From contig OZ007022.1 in assembly GCA_963931515.1 (NCBI GenBank), positions 1,408,327 to 1,472,326 of the forward strand: a DNA stretch of 64,000 bases, read 5' to 3'. Positions within the stretch are counted from its first letter, which is position 1. Each line of letters begins with the position of its first letter. Both the position numbers and the translations under genes were made by a program. Positions 38,407 to 47,521 of this stretch are shown piece after piece. The notes beneath the pieces were generated by a model. It was not told where the DNA came from. It was given only the letters and a program-made list of their open reading frames with translations, and did not search any database. The DNA is from an uncultured Bacilli bacterium. Its GTDB lineage: Bacteria; Bacillota_I; Bacilli_A; RF39; UBA660.

Positions 38407-39372
38407 ATGAGAATATATCATATAATTGATCATAATGGATTTGGTTCAATTCATAAGTTGTTAATACCGCTGTGTGAAAAATATAGTAATAATATTTTAT
38501 ATACTCCATATTTAAAAAAATATCGTCTAACAAAGGAAGCAATACAAAAAATAAATAATGATAAAAATAGTATAGTTATAATACATTCTACAGGAAGAGA
38601 CAAAACAATATATATAGATCAATTAGATAAATATTTTGATGATAAAAAAATTTTTATTTTTATGCATGTTTCAATTAATTACGAAGTGTTCAAAAAGAGA
38701 GAAAATTTTATAGCAAGATTATATAATATATGTAAAGAAAAACACATATTAATATTAACTCCATCAAAAGAAGTTACGAATCAATATTTAAAATATGGAT
38801 TCGATGCAAAAACTATTCAAATTGGAATAAGAAATTTAAATAATGATTACTACAGAAAAAATATAAAAAGATTAGAAAAATATTATAATAAATTTGTAAC
38901 TGTATGTGCTAGTGAAAGCCCAGCATATTATGATGCAAAAGGAATAAGCAATTTCGTTAAGTTAGCAAAAAAGGAAAAAATAACAAATGATATTTTAGTA
39001 GCAGGAGTAAATAGTTATGTTAAGAAAAATAATGATGTGTTTATGAAAAAGTTTAATGAAGATGATTTTTTAAATGTCTTATATCATTCAAAAGCATATA
39101 TTCAATTGTCAATATTTGAATCATACAATATAACGGCGATTCAATCAAAAAGATTTAAGATACCGACGATTTTATTAAGTGCTGAAGGGAATGAATCCTG
39201 TATGATGGGAAATACATTTAGAAATATAAATGAGATTTGCCATAAAATTCGTGAAGTTAATAACAATTTAATAGATAATAAAACAATAAAAGAATTATAT
39301 AATGATAGTATAATAAGAGAATCATTAAGCAGATTTAATAGTGATTTAATTAAAATGACTGAGGAGGTGTAA
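38407..39372 (+). CDS. GT-B fold glycosyltransferase-like protein
   Basis: ATG 38407 follows AGAGGAAGG. The N-terminus MRIYHIIDHNGFGSIHKLL and the C-terminal ESYNITAIQSKRFKIPTILLSAEG resemble the GT4 E-x7-E region. Confidence 0.55.
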   Translation: MRIYHIIDHNGFGSIHKLLIPLCEKYSNNILYTPYLKKYRLTKEAIQKINNDKNSIVIIHSTGRDKTIYIDQLDKYFDDKKIFIFMHVSINYEVFKKRENFIARLYNICKEKHILILTPSKEVTNQYLKYGFDAKTIQIGIRNLNNDYYRKNIKRLEKYYNKFVTVCASESPAYYDAKGISNFVKLAKKEKITNDILVAGVNSYVKKNNDVFMKKFNEDDFLNVLYHSKAYIQLSIFESYNITAIQSKRFKIPTILLSAEGNESCMMGNTFRNINEICHKIREVNNNLIDNKTIKELYNDSIIRESLSRFNSDLIKMTEEV

Positions 39373-39373
39373 C

Positions 39374-40270
39374 ATGGAACCGTTTGTTTCTTTAAATAAT
39401 AGTTCTGAATCTTTAGAAAAATCAATTTCATTAATTTATAGTGCATTTATTTCAAACGAAGATTTTTATTCAGATAAAGAACAATATGTTTTTTACGGGC
39501 ATAATTTACCTAAAATAACTAAAAATCTAAATGTTTCAGGAACTATTGGATTTTATATTGACAATTTTTTTGACGAAAATTGGTCACCAATTCACAGTTA
39601 TGAAGAATTATGGGAGTTAAAAGAGATAGTTATTAATAATCTTGTTATTAATGGTAGATTATCATATAGAACATCAGAAAAATTATTAAATAACAAAGAA
39701 CTTTATATTAAAGTTATATCAAAATTGCCTGTTGATTTTATTTTTCCACAATTCTATAGTAATTTGTTATCAGTTTTTATAGATAAGTATCCAAATGTTC
39801 ATTTAAAAAAATTAGCTTTAGAAGAAAATATAGAAGGAATTTATACTCATTTACCAAGTGAAAAAAATTTTTATAGTATATATGGCTTAGAGTCTGATGG
39901 TAGAGTTGGACATTATTATATGAATTTAAATGTAAACAATAAAAAATATATTCAAAGAATTGTACATTTATATAGAGATTTAAATAAAAGACTCTCTTTA
40001 TCAGGTAATGTGGGTATTTTGTTAGCAGCAATAGATTATAACATGGAAAATGAAAAATATATTTTGGGATATAGAGAAAGGAAAAATCATTTACGTAAAA
40101 GTAGAAATTTTGCCTTAGACCAAATGACTCCTGCAAAAAAGATAATTGAACCTAAAAATCATTATTTTAATTCTTTTTATGATGGGTTAACTAGTTCAAA
40201 TGAAGAAAAAATTTCGAATGAGGTAGTACAAAAAGTATTTAAAAAAGTAATGAAGGAGTTGAATTATTAA
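39374..40270 (+). CDS. hypothetical protein (possible ATP-grasp-like C-terminal half, very tentative)
   Basis: Coupled to the upstream gene (TAAC ATG) with RBS GAGGAGGTG. The segment LSGNVGILLAAIDYNMENEKYILGYRERKN is loosely reminiscent of an ATP-grasp C-terminal motif. Confidence 0.5.
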   Translation: MEPFVSLNNSSESLEKSISLIYSAFISNEDFYSDKEQYVFYGHNLPKITKNLNVSGTIGFYIDNFFDENWSPIHSYEELWELKEIVINNLVINGRLSYRTSEKLLNNKELYIKVISKLPVDFIFPQFYSNLLSVFIDKYPNVHLKKLALEENIEGIYTHLPSEKNFYSIYGLESDGRVGHYYMNLNVNNKKYIQRIVHLYRDLNKRLSLSGNVGILLAAIDYNMENEKYILGYRERKNHLRKSRNFALDQMTPAKKIIEPKNHYFNSFYDGLTSSNEEKISNEVVQKVFKKVMKELNY

Positions 40271-40271
40271 A

Positions 40272-40847
40272 ATGAAACTTATACTTACTTCCACAGATTT
40301 TTTAACAGATAATTCGAGGAATAAAATATTGTCTGAATTAAAAGATGTATCTAAGTGCAAAATATTATATATTCCAAATGAGAATGCAACGATAGAAAAA
40401 ATAAAAAGCAATAAATATTATGATAGATTGCAAGAATATGGATTTAAACGGGAAAATATATATGTTTTTAATTATAAAGAACCTAATAAATTTAAAAACT
40501 TAAATATTGATGCAATCTATATAGGCGGTGGCAATACTTTCAGTATGTTAAAAATATTGAAAGATACAAAGTTTGATAAGGAAATTATCAAATATGTAAA
40601 AAATGGGGTAACTTATATAGGTGGTAGTGCAGGAGCACATATTGTTACAAAAAATATCAAACATGTATTACCGTTTGATAATAATTCAGTTGGATTAAAA
40701 GATTATAATGGTTTAGGATTATTTGATGGAATTTTATTTTGTCATTATACAGATGATAGAAAGAAATACGTTGATGATTGTAAAAAAAGAAATAAGTATA
40801 ATGTAAGCATATTGAGAGATGATGAAACTATTATTTATGAAGAATAA
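40272..40847 (+). CDS. peptidase S51 family (dipeptidase E-like)
   Basis: Contains IYIGGGNTF, the nucleophile motif GGSAGAHIV and a later FCHY His. It starts 1 nt after the upstream stop. Confidence 0.75.
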   Translation: MKLILTSTDFLTDNSRNKILSELKDVSKCKILYIPNENATIEKIKSNKYYDRLQEYGFKRENIYVFNYKEPNKFKNLNIDAIYIGGGNTFSMLKILKDTKFDKEIIKYVKNGVTYIGGSAGAHIVTKNIKHVLPFDNNSVGLKDYNGLGLFDGILFCHYTDDRKKYVDDCKKRNKYNVSILRDDETIIYEE

Positions 40848-41011
40848 ATAAAGACAATTTACTTTCATTATAGGCAATTCTTTATAACTATTTTTTAGGC
40901 AAGTTAGTAACATTATGTGGAGTAAAAGTGTCAATGTCAAGTAGTGTTGGTGTGACTAAAAACTAATGATAAATGAAATTGTTAAGATGGTCAAGAATTG
41001 ACCTTCTTTTA

Positions 41012-41345
41012 TTATGCTTTGATTGGATTAAGTAAGCCTTTAATAAGCATAACGCTAGCTTTTAAATGTTTAAATTTTCTATAACCACAAGCAGTATGGT
41101 TAATTTGCTTGATAAGATTATTCATCCCTTCAGTCCTACCGTTTGAATATTCATAGTCAAAAGCATTAACAATATATTCTTCCATATTTCTAAAGGTTTT
41201 TAGACTTTTTTTCATATATTTAGAAATGTTTTTATTGTGGTGATGAAGTTAATGATGGATAATGTTTAAAAATTTATCTTTATCTCTGCTGTCGCTAGCT
41301 TTTATAATACCTTGATAAACTTGATAAGTATTATAAAACTTTCCA
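41012..41345 (-). pseudogene. ISL3 family transposase C-terminal fragment
   Basis: The minus-strand translation reads ...YNTYQVYQGIIKAS...*...MKKSLKTFRNMEEYIVNAFDYEYSNGRTEGMNNLIKQINHTACGYRKFKHLK, which is the ISL3 C-terminal signature. It is interrupted by a stop and lacks the N-terminal part. Confidence 0.7.
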
Positions 41346-41399
41346 TCTGTATTAATTAGTTAAATTACAATATCAATCTATGAAACTTTTTTTAAAACA

Positions 41400-41604
41400 T
41401 TTAAAATATTTCTTTTTATCAGAAAGTTTATCTTCATTTTTAAGTATTAATTTCCAGTGTTTTTAGTGACATAATGATTTTTAATTTTTCTAGAGATAGT
41501 AGTGCAGTTTTTGCTTATTAATGTTCATATTTCTTTAAATGATTTATTTTGGTTTAAATATTTTTCTATTTCCATTCTTCATCTAGTGATAGATGCTTAA
41601 ACAT
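41400..41604 (-). pseudogene. IS30-family transposase N-terminal fragment (frameshifted)
   Basis: The minus strand reads MFKHLSLDEEWK* followed, in another frame, by ...SKNCTTISREIKNHYVTK. This resembles the HTH region of the two intact IS30 genes. Multiple stops are present. Confidence 0.5.
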
Positions 41605-41733
41605 AATTCATACTCCTTTCTTATAAGTACTATCAGTGCATTTATTATATTGTTTTACCTGGTAATTGCAACTTTTATTATTTTTAGGGTTGCATTTAGT
41701 TTTACATCTTACTAACTTTAAATTTTCGTGAAA

Positions 41734-41754
41734 TGAAAAAGTAAATTACAGTTT
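41734..41754. repeat. outer 21-bp inverted repeat, left arm
   Basis: TGAAAAAGTAAATTACAGTTT is the perfect reverse complement of 43398-43418. Confidence 0.85.
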
Positions 41755-41910
41755 TATAAAGTGAAATTTGAATGTATGAGAAACGTCCATAATACGGGCG
41801 TTTTTAAGTACTCTAATGATTTGAAATTTGATTAAAAATAGTGTAAAATACAAAGTATGTTAGAAATTTAACCACGACGAAAAGACAAAAGGCTATAGAA
41901 TTTTAAAAAA

Positions 41911-43347
41911 TGTAAGACTAAATTCCTTTTGCTGAATGTTTGTTATTATGGTATTAGATGGGTGTTTCTAACTTTTATGATAAGAATTATTTATTCTTAT
42001 TATGTTTTATGAGATAAGGTTTTAGGGTAACCTCATCTCTTTTTATTTCTTTAATATTTAGTAAATCTAAAATTTCTTTGCCTCTGTTTGGGTTTTCGAA
42101 AGTACTCATCATAAAACTAAATACTTCACAAGGTGTTTTGCCTTTTAAAGACTTTCTAGGAGTAGAGTTAATATGTGAGAACATTAGATTTAAATCATCT
42201 TGAGTGATATTAGATATATCCATTTCATTAGGAATAATATCTCTAATATAGTTATGAGTATTTTCTACATGTGGTTTTTGACTTGATTGATAAGCATCAC
42301 AATAAAAAATATTAGTTCTAAATTCTCCGGTTTCTTGATTAAATTCAAATAAATCAACTTTTTCGAACTCAATACCTCGGTCAGTAAGAATTAAAGGAAA
42401 TAATTCTCTATATAAATCATGACCAAGTTTATTTTCTAAATCATCTAAGGCTTTGGCCATGGATTCAGAAGTTTTTTTTTCATGAAGAAATCCAATCATA
42501 AGGCCAGAGCCTTCAAAATAAAAAGTTTGAATATAAGGTCCAGATTTAGAATTTAAAACAGTATCCATTTCAGTGGTTGGAACAATAGGATTATCTTCTT
42601 TAAACTTTAAATAATCTTTATATTTATGGTTTTCATAATTGGCAGGTTCTTTTCTTTTTTTATATTTATGTTTAAATTGTTTACGATTAACTTGTTCTTT
42701 TAAAGAAAAATTATCAATACCATATTCTTTAAATACTCCCATTTCAATGTAATTGTAAAGAGTTTTAATACATTGTTTAATTTCATTATGAGAAGATTTA
42801 ATTTGATAAAGAGATTGTCCTTGGTCTAATAATGGTTTAAGAATATTCGCCAGTTCTTTTGCTTCCAAAGTGGTCAAATTGATTCCTTCTCTAAAATCAA
42901 CTAAATCTTTTTTATATTCGTCGTCTGCTTGAGCTGCATAATAAAAATATTTATCTAAATGACATTTAGCTATATTAGGGCATTTATTACAAGCACCAGG
43001 AGATTTATCTCTTTTATTACATTTTATTTCTTCATATTTATAACATCTTTTTTTACAGCCTCCACATTCTTGCCTATGAACACAGATGGATGGATAAATA
43101 AATTGATTTCTTGGTTTAAAAGTTCTATGTTTTCTAATTTCTTTAGCTATAGTTGTAGGATCTTTACCAATAGTTCTAGCAATGTCAACTTTATTTGAAC
43201 GATTTTCTATCCCAGTTTGAATAATTTTTCTTTCATCTAAAGTTAAATGCTTATTATTATGGATTTGTTTTGACATAATAATATACCTCTCTTTCACTGT
43301 CAAAACACCCATGTGATATATTATATAAAAAAGAATTTAGTCTTACA
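41911..43347 (-). mobile_element. IS30 family insertion sequence, copy 1 (about 1.44 kb)
   Basis: The terminal IRs are TGTAAGACTAAATTC (41911-25) and GAATTTAGTCTTACA (43333-47). They extend to about 20 bp with one mismatch and enclose a single transposase ORF. Confidence 0.8.
41987..43276 (-). CDS. IS30 family transposase
   Basis: The start at 43276 follows GAGAGG. It has the HTH TTIAKEIRKHR and a Cys-rich linker. The DDE region has LTDRGIEF and HVENTHNYIRD. Confidence 0.9.
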   Translation of the reverse strand: MSKQIHNNKHLTLDERKIIQTGIENRSNKVDIARTIGKDPTTIAKEIRKHRTFKPRNQFIYPSICVHRQECGGCKKRCYKYEEIKCNKRDKSPGACNKCPNIAKCHLDKYFYYAAQADDEYKKDLVDFREGINLTTLEAKELANILKPLLDQGQSLYQIKSSHNEIKQCIKTLYNYIEMGVFKEYGIDNFSLKEQVNRKQFKHKYKKRKEPANYENHKYKDYLKFKEDNPIVPTTEMDTVLNSKSGPYIQTFYFEGSGLMIGFLHEKKTSESMAKALDDLENKLGHDLYRELFPLILTDRGIEFEKVDLFEFNQETGEFRTNIFYCDAYQSSQKPHVENTHNYIRDIIPNEMDISNITQDDLNLMFSHINSTPRKSLKGKTPCEVFSFMMSTFENPNRGKEILDLLNIKEIKRDEVTLKPYLIKHNKNK

Positions 43348-43367
43348 AATTCTTAACTGGATTTTTA

Positions 43368-43387
43368 TGTAAGACTAAATTCTTGTC
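43368..43387 (+). repeat. solo extra copy of the IS30 left IR
   Basis: TGTAAGACTAAATTCTTGTC lies 20 nt outside the right IR, in the same orientation as the left IR. Confidence 0.7.
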
Positions 43388-43397
43388 TAATATATTG

Positions 43398-43418
43398 AAA
43401 CTGTAATTTACTTTTTCA
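43398..43418. repeat. outer 21-bp inverted repeat, right arm
   Basis: AAACTGTAATTTACTTTTTCA is the reverse complement of 41734-41754. Confidence 0.85.
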
Positions 43419-43889
43419 GTTTACATGAATTTTTTTGTTAAAAAAATAATAAAAAAGGATTGAATTAAAAAGAAAATTCCCGTAAAATTATAAAAGAACA
43501 TTTAAAAGAGTAAAATCCCAAAATGAAAAGGATTTTTTAGGAAAAAATTGTAAAAATCAAAAAAATATGATAATATATAGAACATTAAATGAAATTATTG
43601 CATGCAAAAAAGTGTACGACCTTTAGTCTTTTCGCGACTAAGTTCCCGCACATGAGTCAATATGATTGGCTTGTTTGCCAACGAATAAGCGGATTATAAA
43701 ATCTGCCCATTCGTTGATAGTTAAATATTTTCATTTAAAATATCAATTATAAATTTGAGTTGTTGTATTGCAACTTGAGAAGATGATTCAGTAGAAGATT
43801 CATCTGTTAATTTATTTAAAATATCTTGAAGAAAATATATTAAATCTTGAATATTAAAAGTACCTAATAATGAATCTGAGTAGACAATA

Positions 43890-45119
43890 TTATTTTTCAT
43901 TATTGACTCCTAATATTGCTTTTTTGGTTAAACATACATCATCAGGAGAGATGTATGAACAGTTCAAAGATTTAATTAATTCAGGATATTTTTTTAATGT
44001 AAGTTCATAAGGTGTTTTGCCATCTAATGAATCTCTAGGAATATTATTGATAGTGTCTTCTAATCTTTGAATTTGTTCAGTAGTCATATCATCAAAAGAT
44101 GTTCCTTTAGGAAAAATATCTCTTATATATTTGTGATTTTTTTCAATAGTACCTTTTTGCCAAGAAGAGTAAGGTTTACAATAGAAAACATTAGTTTTTT
44201 TAACCCCAGTTTCATAATCGTATTCGATGTGTAATGGATCAAAAAACTCAGAGCCATTATCTGTCAGTACAATTCTAAAAACTTTAGAATATAGTTTAAT
44301 ACTAAGTTTACTTTTAAATAAATCAAATTGATAATTAACAGATTGAACATTTTTCTTATCAAGTAATCTAATAAACATGAATTTAGTATCTTTTATAATA
44401 ATAGTAAGGAGTACTTTTATACTTTCTTTATTGCCTTCAACAGTATCCATTTCACATATATTCATATTAGGGTGTTTTAAAACAAAATTGAGATAATCAT
44501 TATAAGTACGACCTTTTAATAAAGCTAATTTTCTTTTGTATTGTTTTTCTTCTAATTCATCTTTCTTTTTTCTAGGCTTGTAGCTAACCTTTTTAGGCAA
44601 ATCTATATTTTTGAGTGAAAAAACACCGATATTAACATATTTATAAAAAGTCACCTTTGAAAAATACAATATGTCAGAATGATTAGAGTATACTTGATTT
44701 ACACTTTGTTTTTGCTTTTTAATAAGTGGGACAATAGCATGTTCAATTTCATCAATAATTTCAGGAGTAATATCAATACCTTGTCTAGAAGTAACTAAAG
44801 TTTCCTCATAGTGTTTTTGAGCGACTGAAGCATTATAATATAACTTATGCTTATTACACTTGTTCTTAAAAGGACAACAATTGCACACATAAGGCTTATC
44901 CTTTAATTTAGGACATTTTTTTTCTGCTTCACTAATACCTTTAGAATCAAAAGGGTCATAGTAATAACTTTTGACATATCTGTTTCTTTTAATTTCCTTA
45001 GATATAGTAGTTCGATCTTTATTTATAGCTTTACCAATAGAAGTAAAGTTATACTTTTTACCAATCATATACTCGATAGTCTCTCTTTGTTCTTTTAATA
45101 ATTGATTATATTTAGTCAT
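43890..45119 (-). CDS. IS30 family transposase (copy 2, divergent)
   Basis: The start at 45119 follows GGAGG. It has the HTH RTTISKEIKRNR, a Cys-rich linker, and the motifs LTDNGSEF and IEKNHKYIRD. Confidence 0.9.
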   Translation of the reverse strand: MTKYNQLLKEQRETIEYMIGKKYNFTSIGKAINKDRTTISKEIKRNRYVKSYYYDPFDSKGISEAEKKCPKLKDKPYVCNCCPFKNKCNKHKLYYNASVAQKHYEETLVTSRQGIDITPEIIDEIEHAIVPLIKKQKQSVNQVYSNHSDILYFSKVTFYKYVNIGVFSLKNIDLPKKVSYKPRKKKDELEEKQYKRKLALLKGRTYNDYLNFVLKHPNMNICEMDTVEGNKESIKVLLTIIIKDTKFMFIRLLDKKNVQSVNYQFDLFKSKLSIKLYSKVFRIVLTDNGSEFFDPLHIEYDYETGVKKTNVFYCKPYSSWQKGTIEKNHKYIRDIFPKGTSFDDMTTEQIQRLEDTINNIPRDSLDGKTPYELTLKKYPELIKSLNCSYISPDDVCLTKKAILGVNNEK

Positions 45120-45263
45120 TTTAAAAATACCTCCAACTAGATGACAAACAAACCAATGACATATATAGTACACTTAAAATTAAAAAAAGCAAATTAATAA
45201 ATATTATAAGTAATTTAATAACAAGCAAAGGTGAACTTTGCTTGTAACATTTATTATATTATT

Positions 45264-45324
45264 TGAAAAGAGATGTCAATGGTCTAGATAAACTCACTTC
45301 GTTCGCCATTGACATCTCTTTTCA
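45264..45324. repeat. 61-nt palindromic element with 19-bp perfect arms
   Basis: TGAAAAGAGATGTCAATGG (45264-82) pairs with CCATTGACATCTCTTTTCA (45306-24). The loop is 23 nt. Confidence 0.9.
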
Positions 45325-45390
45325 CAACTAAATTCTCGTATAAAATAAAACGGGAACTTTCTAATTTAATTAATAAATAATAAAAAAGTG

Positions 45391-45419
45391 TTGATTTTCA
45401 TATATTTTTATTGTATAAT
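45391..45419 (+). promoter_or_regulatory. S10 operon promoter
   Basis: TTGATT (45391-96), a 17-nt spacer, then TATAAT (45414-19) preceded by TG. A relatively GC-rich leader of about 130 nt follows. Confidence 0.75.
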
Positions 45420-45553
45420 TTTGAGTGTGTGACGTGCTTAGATGTGTGAGGTTGCCGATACACCAGGTTAAGTTGTAAAATATTTTAATCTTTAAGTCGG
45501 GTTTTTACACGGAGCAAGTCTATACTAGATATAGGCGAGAGGAGGATACAATA

Positions 45554-45859
45554 ATGTCAAAGAAAGTTCGTATTAGATTAAAATCTTTTGAACACAAAAA
45601 TTTGGATGCTGCTTGTGGCAAAATTGTTGATACAGTTAAAAGAACTGGTGGCGAAGTTAGTGGACCAGTGCCACTTCCAACTGAAGTTGAAAAGATTACA
45701 ATTTTAAGAGCTGTTCACAAATATAAAGATTCACGTGAACAATTTGAAAAAAGAACACATAAAAGACTTATTGATATCAATAATCCAAGCAAGGAGACTA
45801 TCGATGCTTTATCGCATTTAGATATTCCAAGCGGTGTTGATATTCAAATCAAATTATAA
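45554..45859 (+). CDS. rpsJ: 30S ribosomal protein S10
   Basis: The RBS is GAGGAGG. Contains [12 protein letters not shown]. It is the first gene of the conserved operon. Confidence 0.97.
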   Translation: MSKKVRIRLKSFEHKNLDAACGKIVDTVKRTGGEVSGPVPLPTEVEKITILRAVHKYKDSREQFEKRTHKRLIDINNPSKETIDALSHLDIPSGVDIQIKL

Positions 45860-45874
45860 TAGGAGGATGAAAAT

Positions 45875-46588
45875 ATGAAAGGAATCTTAGGTCGTAAAAT
45901 CGGAATGACTCAAGTTTTTGATCAAGATGGTAAATTAACTCCAGTTACTGTAGTTGAAGTTACTCCTAATGTTGTAACTCAAGTTAAAACTACAGAAAAC
46001 GATGGTTATGAAGCTATTCAACTTGCGTTCGATGATAAAAGAGAAAAATTAGCGACAAAAGCTTCTCTAGGAATTACTAGTAAAGCAAATACGACACCTA
46101 AGCGCTTCTTTAAAGAAATCAGAGGTGTAGACATCAATAATTATCAATTAGGAGATGAAGTAAAAGCTGACATTTTCGAAGTTGGTGAAATGGTTGATGT
46201 AACAGGAACTACTAAAGGTAAAGGTTTCCAAGGTAGTATAAAAAAATATAATCAAAGTAGAGGACCTATGGGACATGGTTCTAAATATCATAGAGGTGTA
46301 GGTTCACTTGGTACAATGCTTCCTAAACGTGTATTTAAAGGTAGAGGACTTCCAAGTCACATGGGAGTTAATACAGTAACTATTCAAAATTTAGAGATTG
46401 TCGATGTTGATTTAGAAAACAATGCAATTTTGGTTAAAGGAAATATTCCTGGACCTAAAAAAGGATTAGTTATTATTAGAAGTGCTGTTAAAAATAATGG
46501 TAAAGTAAATAAACGTGCAGAGCTTGTTAATTATAATAAAGAAGAAAAACCTGCAGAAGTAGAAAATACAGAAAGTGCAGAAGCATAG
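45875..46588 (+). CDS. rplC: 50S ribosomal protein L3
   Basis: N-terminus [15 protein letters not shown]. Operon order is conserved. Confidence 0.97.
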   Translation: MKGILGRKIGMTQVFDQDGKLTPVTVVEVTPNVVTQVKTTENDGYEAIQLAFDDKREKLATKASLGITSKANTTPKRFFKEIRGVDINNYQLGDEVKADIFEVGEMVDVTGTTKGKGFQGSIKKYNQSRGPMGHGSKYHRGVGSLGTMLPKRVFKGRGLPSHMGVNTVTIQNLEIVDVDLENNAILVKGNIPGPKKGLVIIRSAVKNNGKVNKRAELVNYNKEEKPAEVENTESAEA

Positions 46589-46601
46589 GAGGGTTAATCT
46601 T

Positions 46602-47225
46602 ATGAAAAAGAATAATGTAATTAATGTTAAGGGCGAAAAAGTTAGTGATATTACTTTAAATGAAAACATTTTTGGTATTAAACCTAACGATGCCGTTTTA
46701 TACGATGCTATTACTTTAGCGCAAACTTCTCAAAGACAAGGAACAGCTGATACAAAAACACGTTCAGAAGTAAGCGGTGGCGGAAGAAAGCCATGGAGAC
46801 AAAAAGGTACTGGTAGAGCTAGACAAGGTAGTACAAGAGCTCCACATTGGTATCATGGTGGTGTAGTATTTGGACCACATCCAAGAACTTACGGTAAGAA
46901 AATGAACCGTAAAGAAAGAGTTTTAGCTTTAAAATCTGCTTTATCTTATAAGGTAGAGGAAAATGAAATTATCATTTTAGATGAACTTGATGTTAAAACT
47001 CCAAAAACTAAAGATATGATTAAATTATTAAACGATATTAAAGCTCCTAAAAAGACTTTAATTGTTGTAGATGAACTTTCTGATAACTTAATTTTAGCTA
47101 CTCGTAATATTCCAAAGGTAGAATTATTAGAAGCTAGTGAAATTAATGTATTAGATATTATCGGTGCTGATGGCTTAGTTATTACTAAGAAAGCAGTAGA
47201 AATGATAGAGGAGGCGTATAAATAA
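46602..47225 (+). CDS. rplD: 50S ribosomal protein L4
   Basis: ATG 46602 follows AGGAGGG. Contains [19 protein letters not shown]. Confidence 0.96.
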   Translation: MKKNNVINVKGEKVSDITLNENIFGIKPNDAVLYDAITLAQTSQRQGTADTKTRSEVSGGGRKPWRQKGTGRARQGSTRAPHWYHGGVVFGPHPRTYGKKMNRKERVLALKSALSYKVEENEIIILDELDVKTPKTKDMIKLLNDIKAPKKTLIVVDELSDNLILATRNIPKVELLEASEINVLDIIGADGLVITKKAVEMIEEAYK

Positions 47226-47503
47226 TGGAAAACTATAGAGACATTATCAAAGCTCCAATTATCACTGAAAAAACTAGTGATTTAGCTAAAGACAACGTGG
47301 TAGTATTTAGCGTTGATCCTAAAGCTAATAAAATTCAAATTAAACAAGCTATTGAAAAAATTTTCAATGTTAAAGTAGAAAGGGTTAATACAATTAATAC
47401 TTATGCAAAAAGAAAAAGAGTTGGCCGTTATTATGGTAGAGCTAACAAGGTTAAAAAAGCAATTGTTAAATTAAAAGAAGGAAGTTCAATTGAACTTAAC
47501 TAA
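47225..47503 (+). CDS. rplW: 50S ribosomal protein L23
   Basis: TAATG overlap with rplD. Contains [11 protein letters not shown]. Confidence 0.96.
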   Translation: MENYRDIIKAPIITEKTSDLAKDNVVVFSVDPKANKIQIKQAIEKIFNVKVERVNTINTYAKRKRVGRYYGRANKVKKAIVKLKEGSSIELN

Positions 47504-47521
47504 TCTTTAAGGAGGACGAAT

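Noticed and set aside
39141-40411. Antisense ORFs (101, 119 and 71 aa) within the 3-gene cargo operon
   Set aside because: They are AT-rich shadow ORFs with Ile/Leu/Phe/Tyr/Asn-rich products and no RBS. The plus-strand genes are tightly coupled with strong SD sequences.
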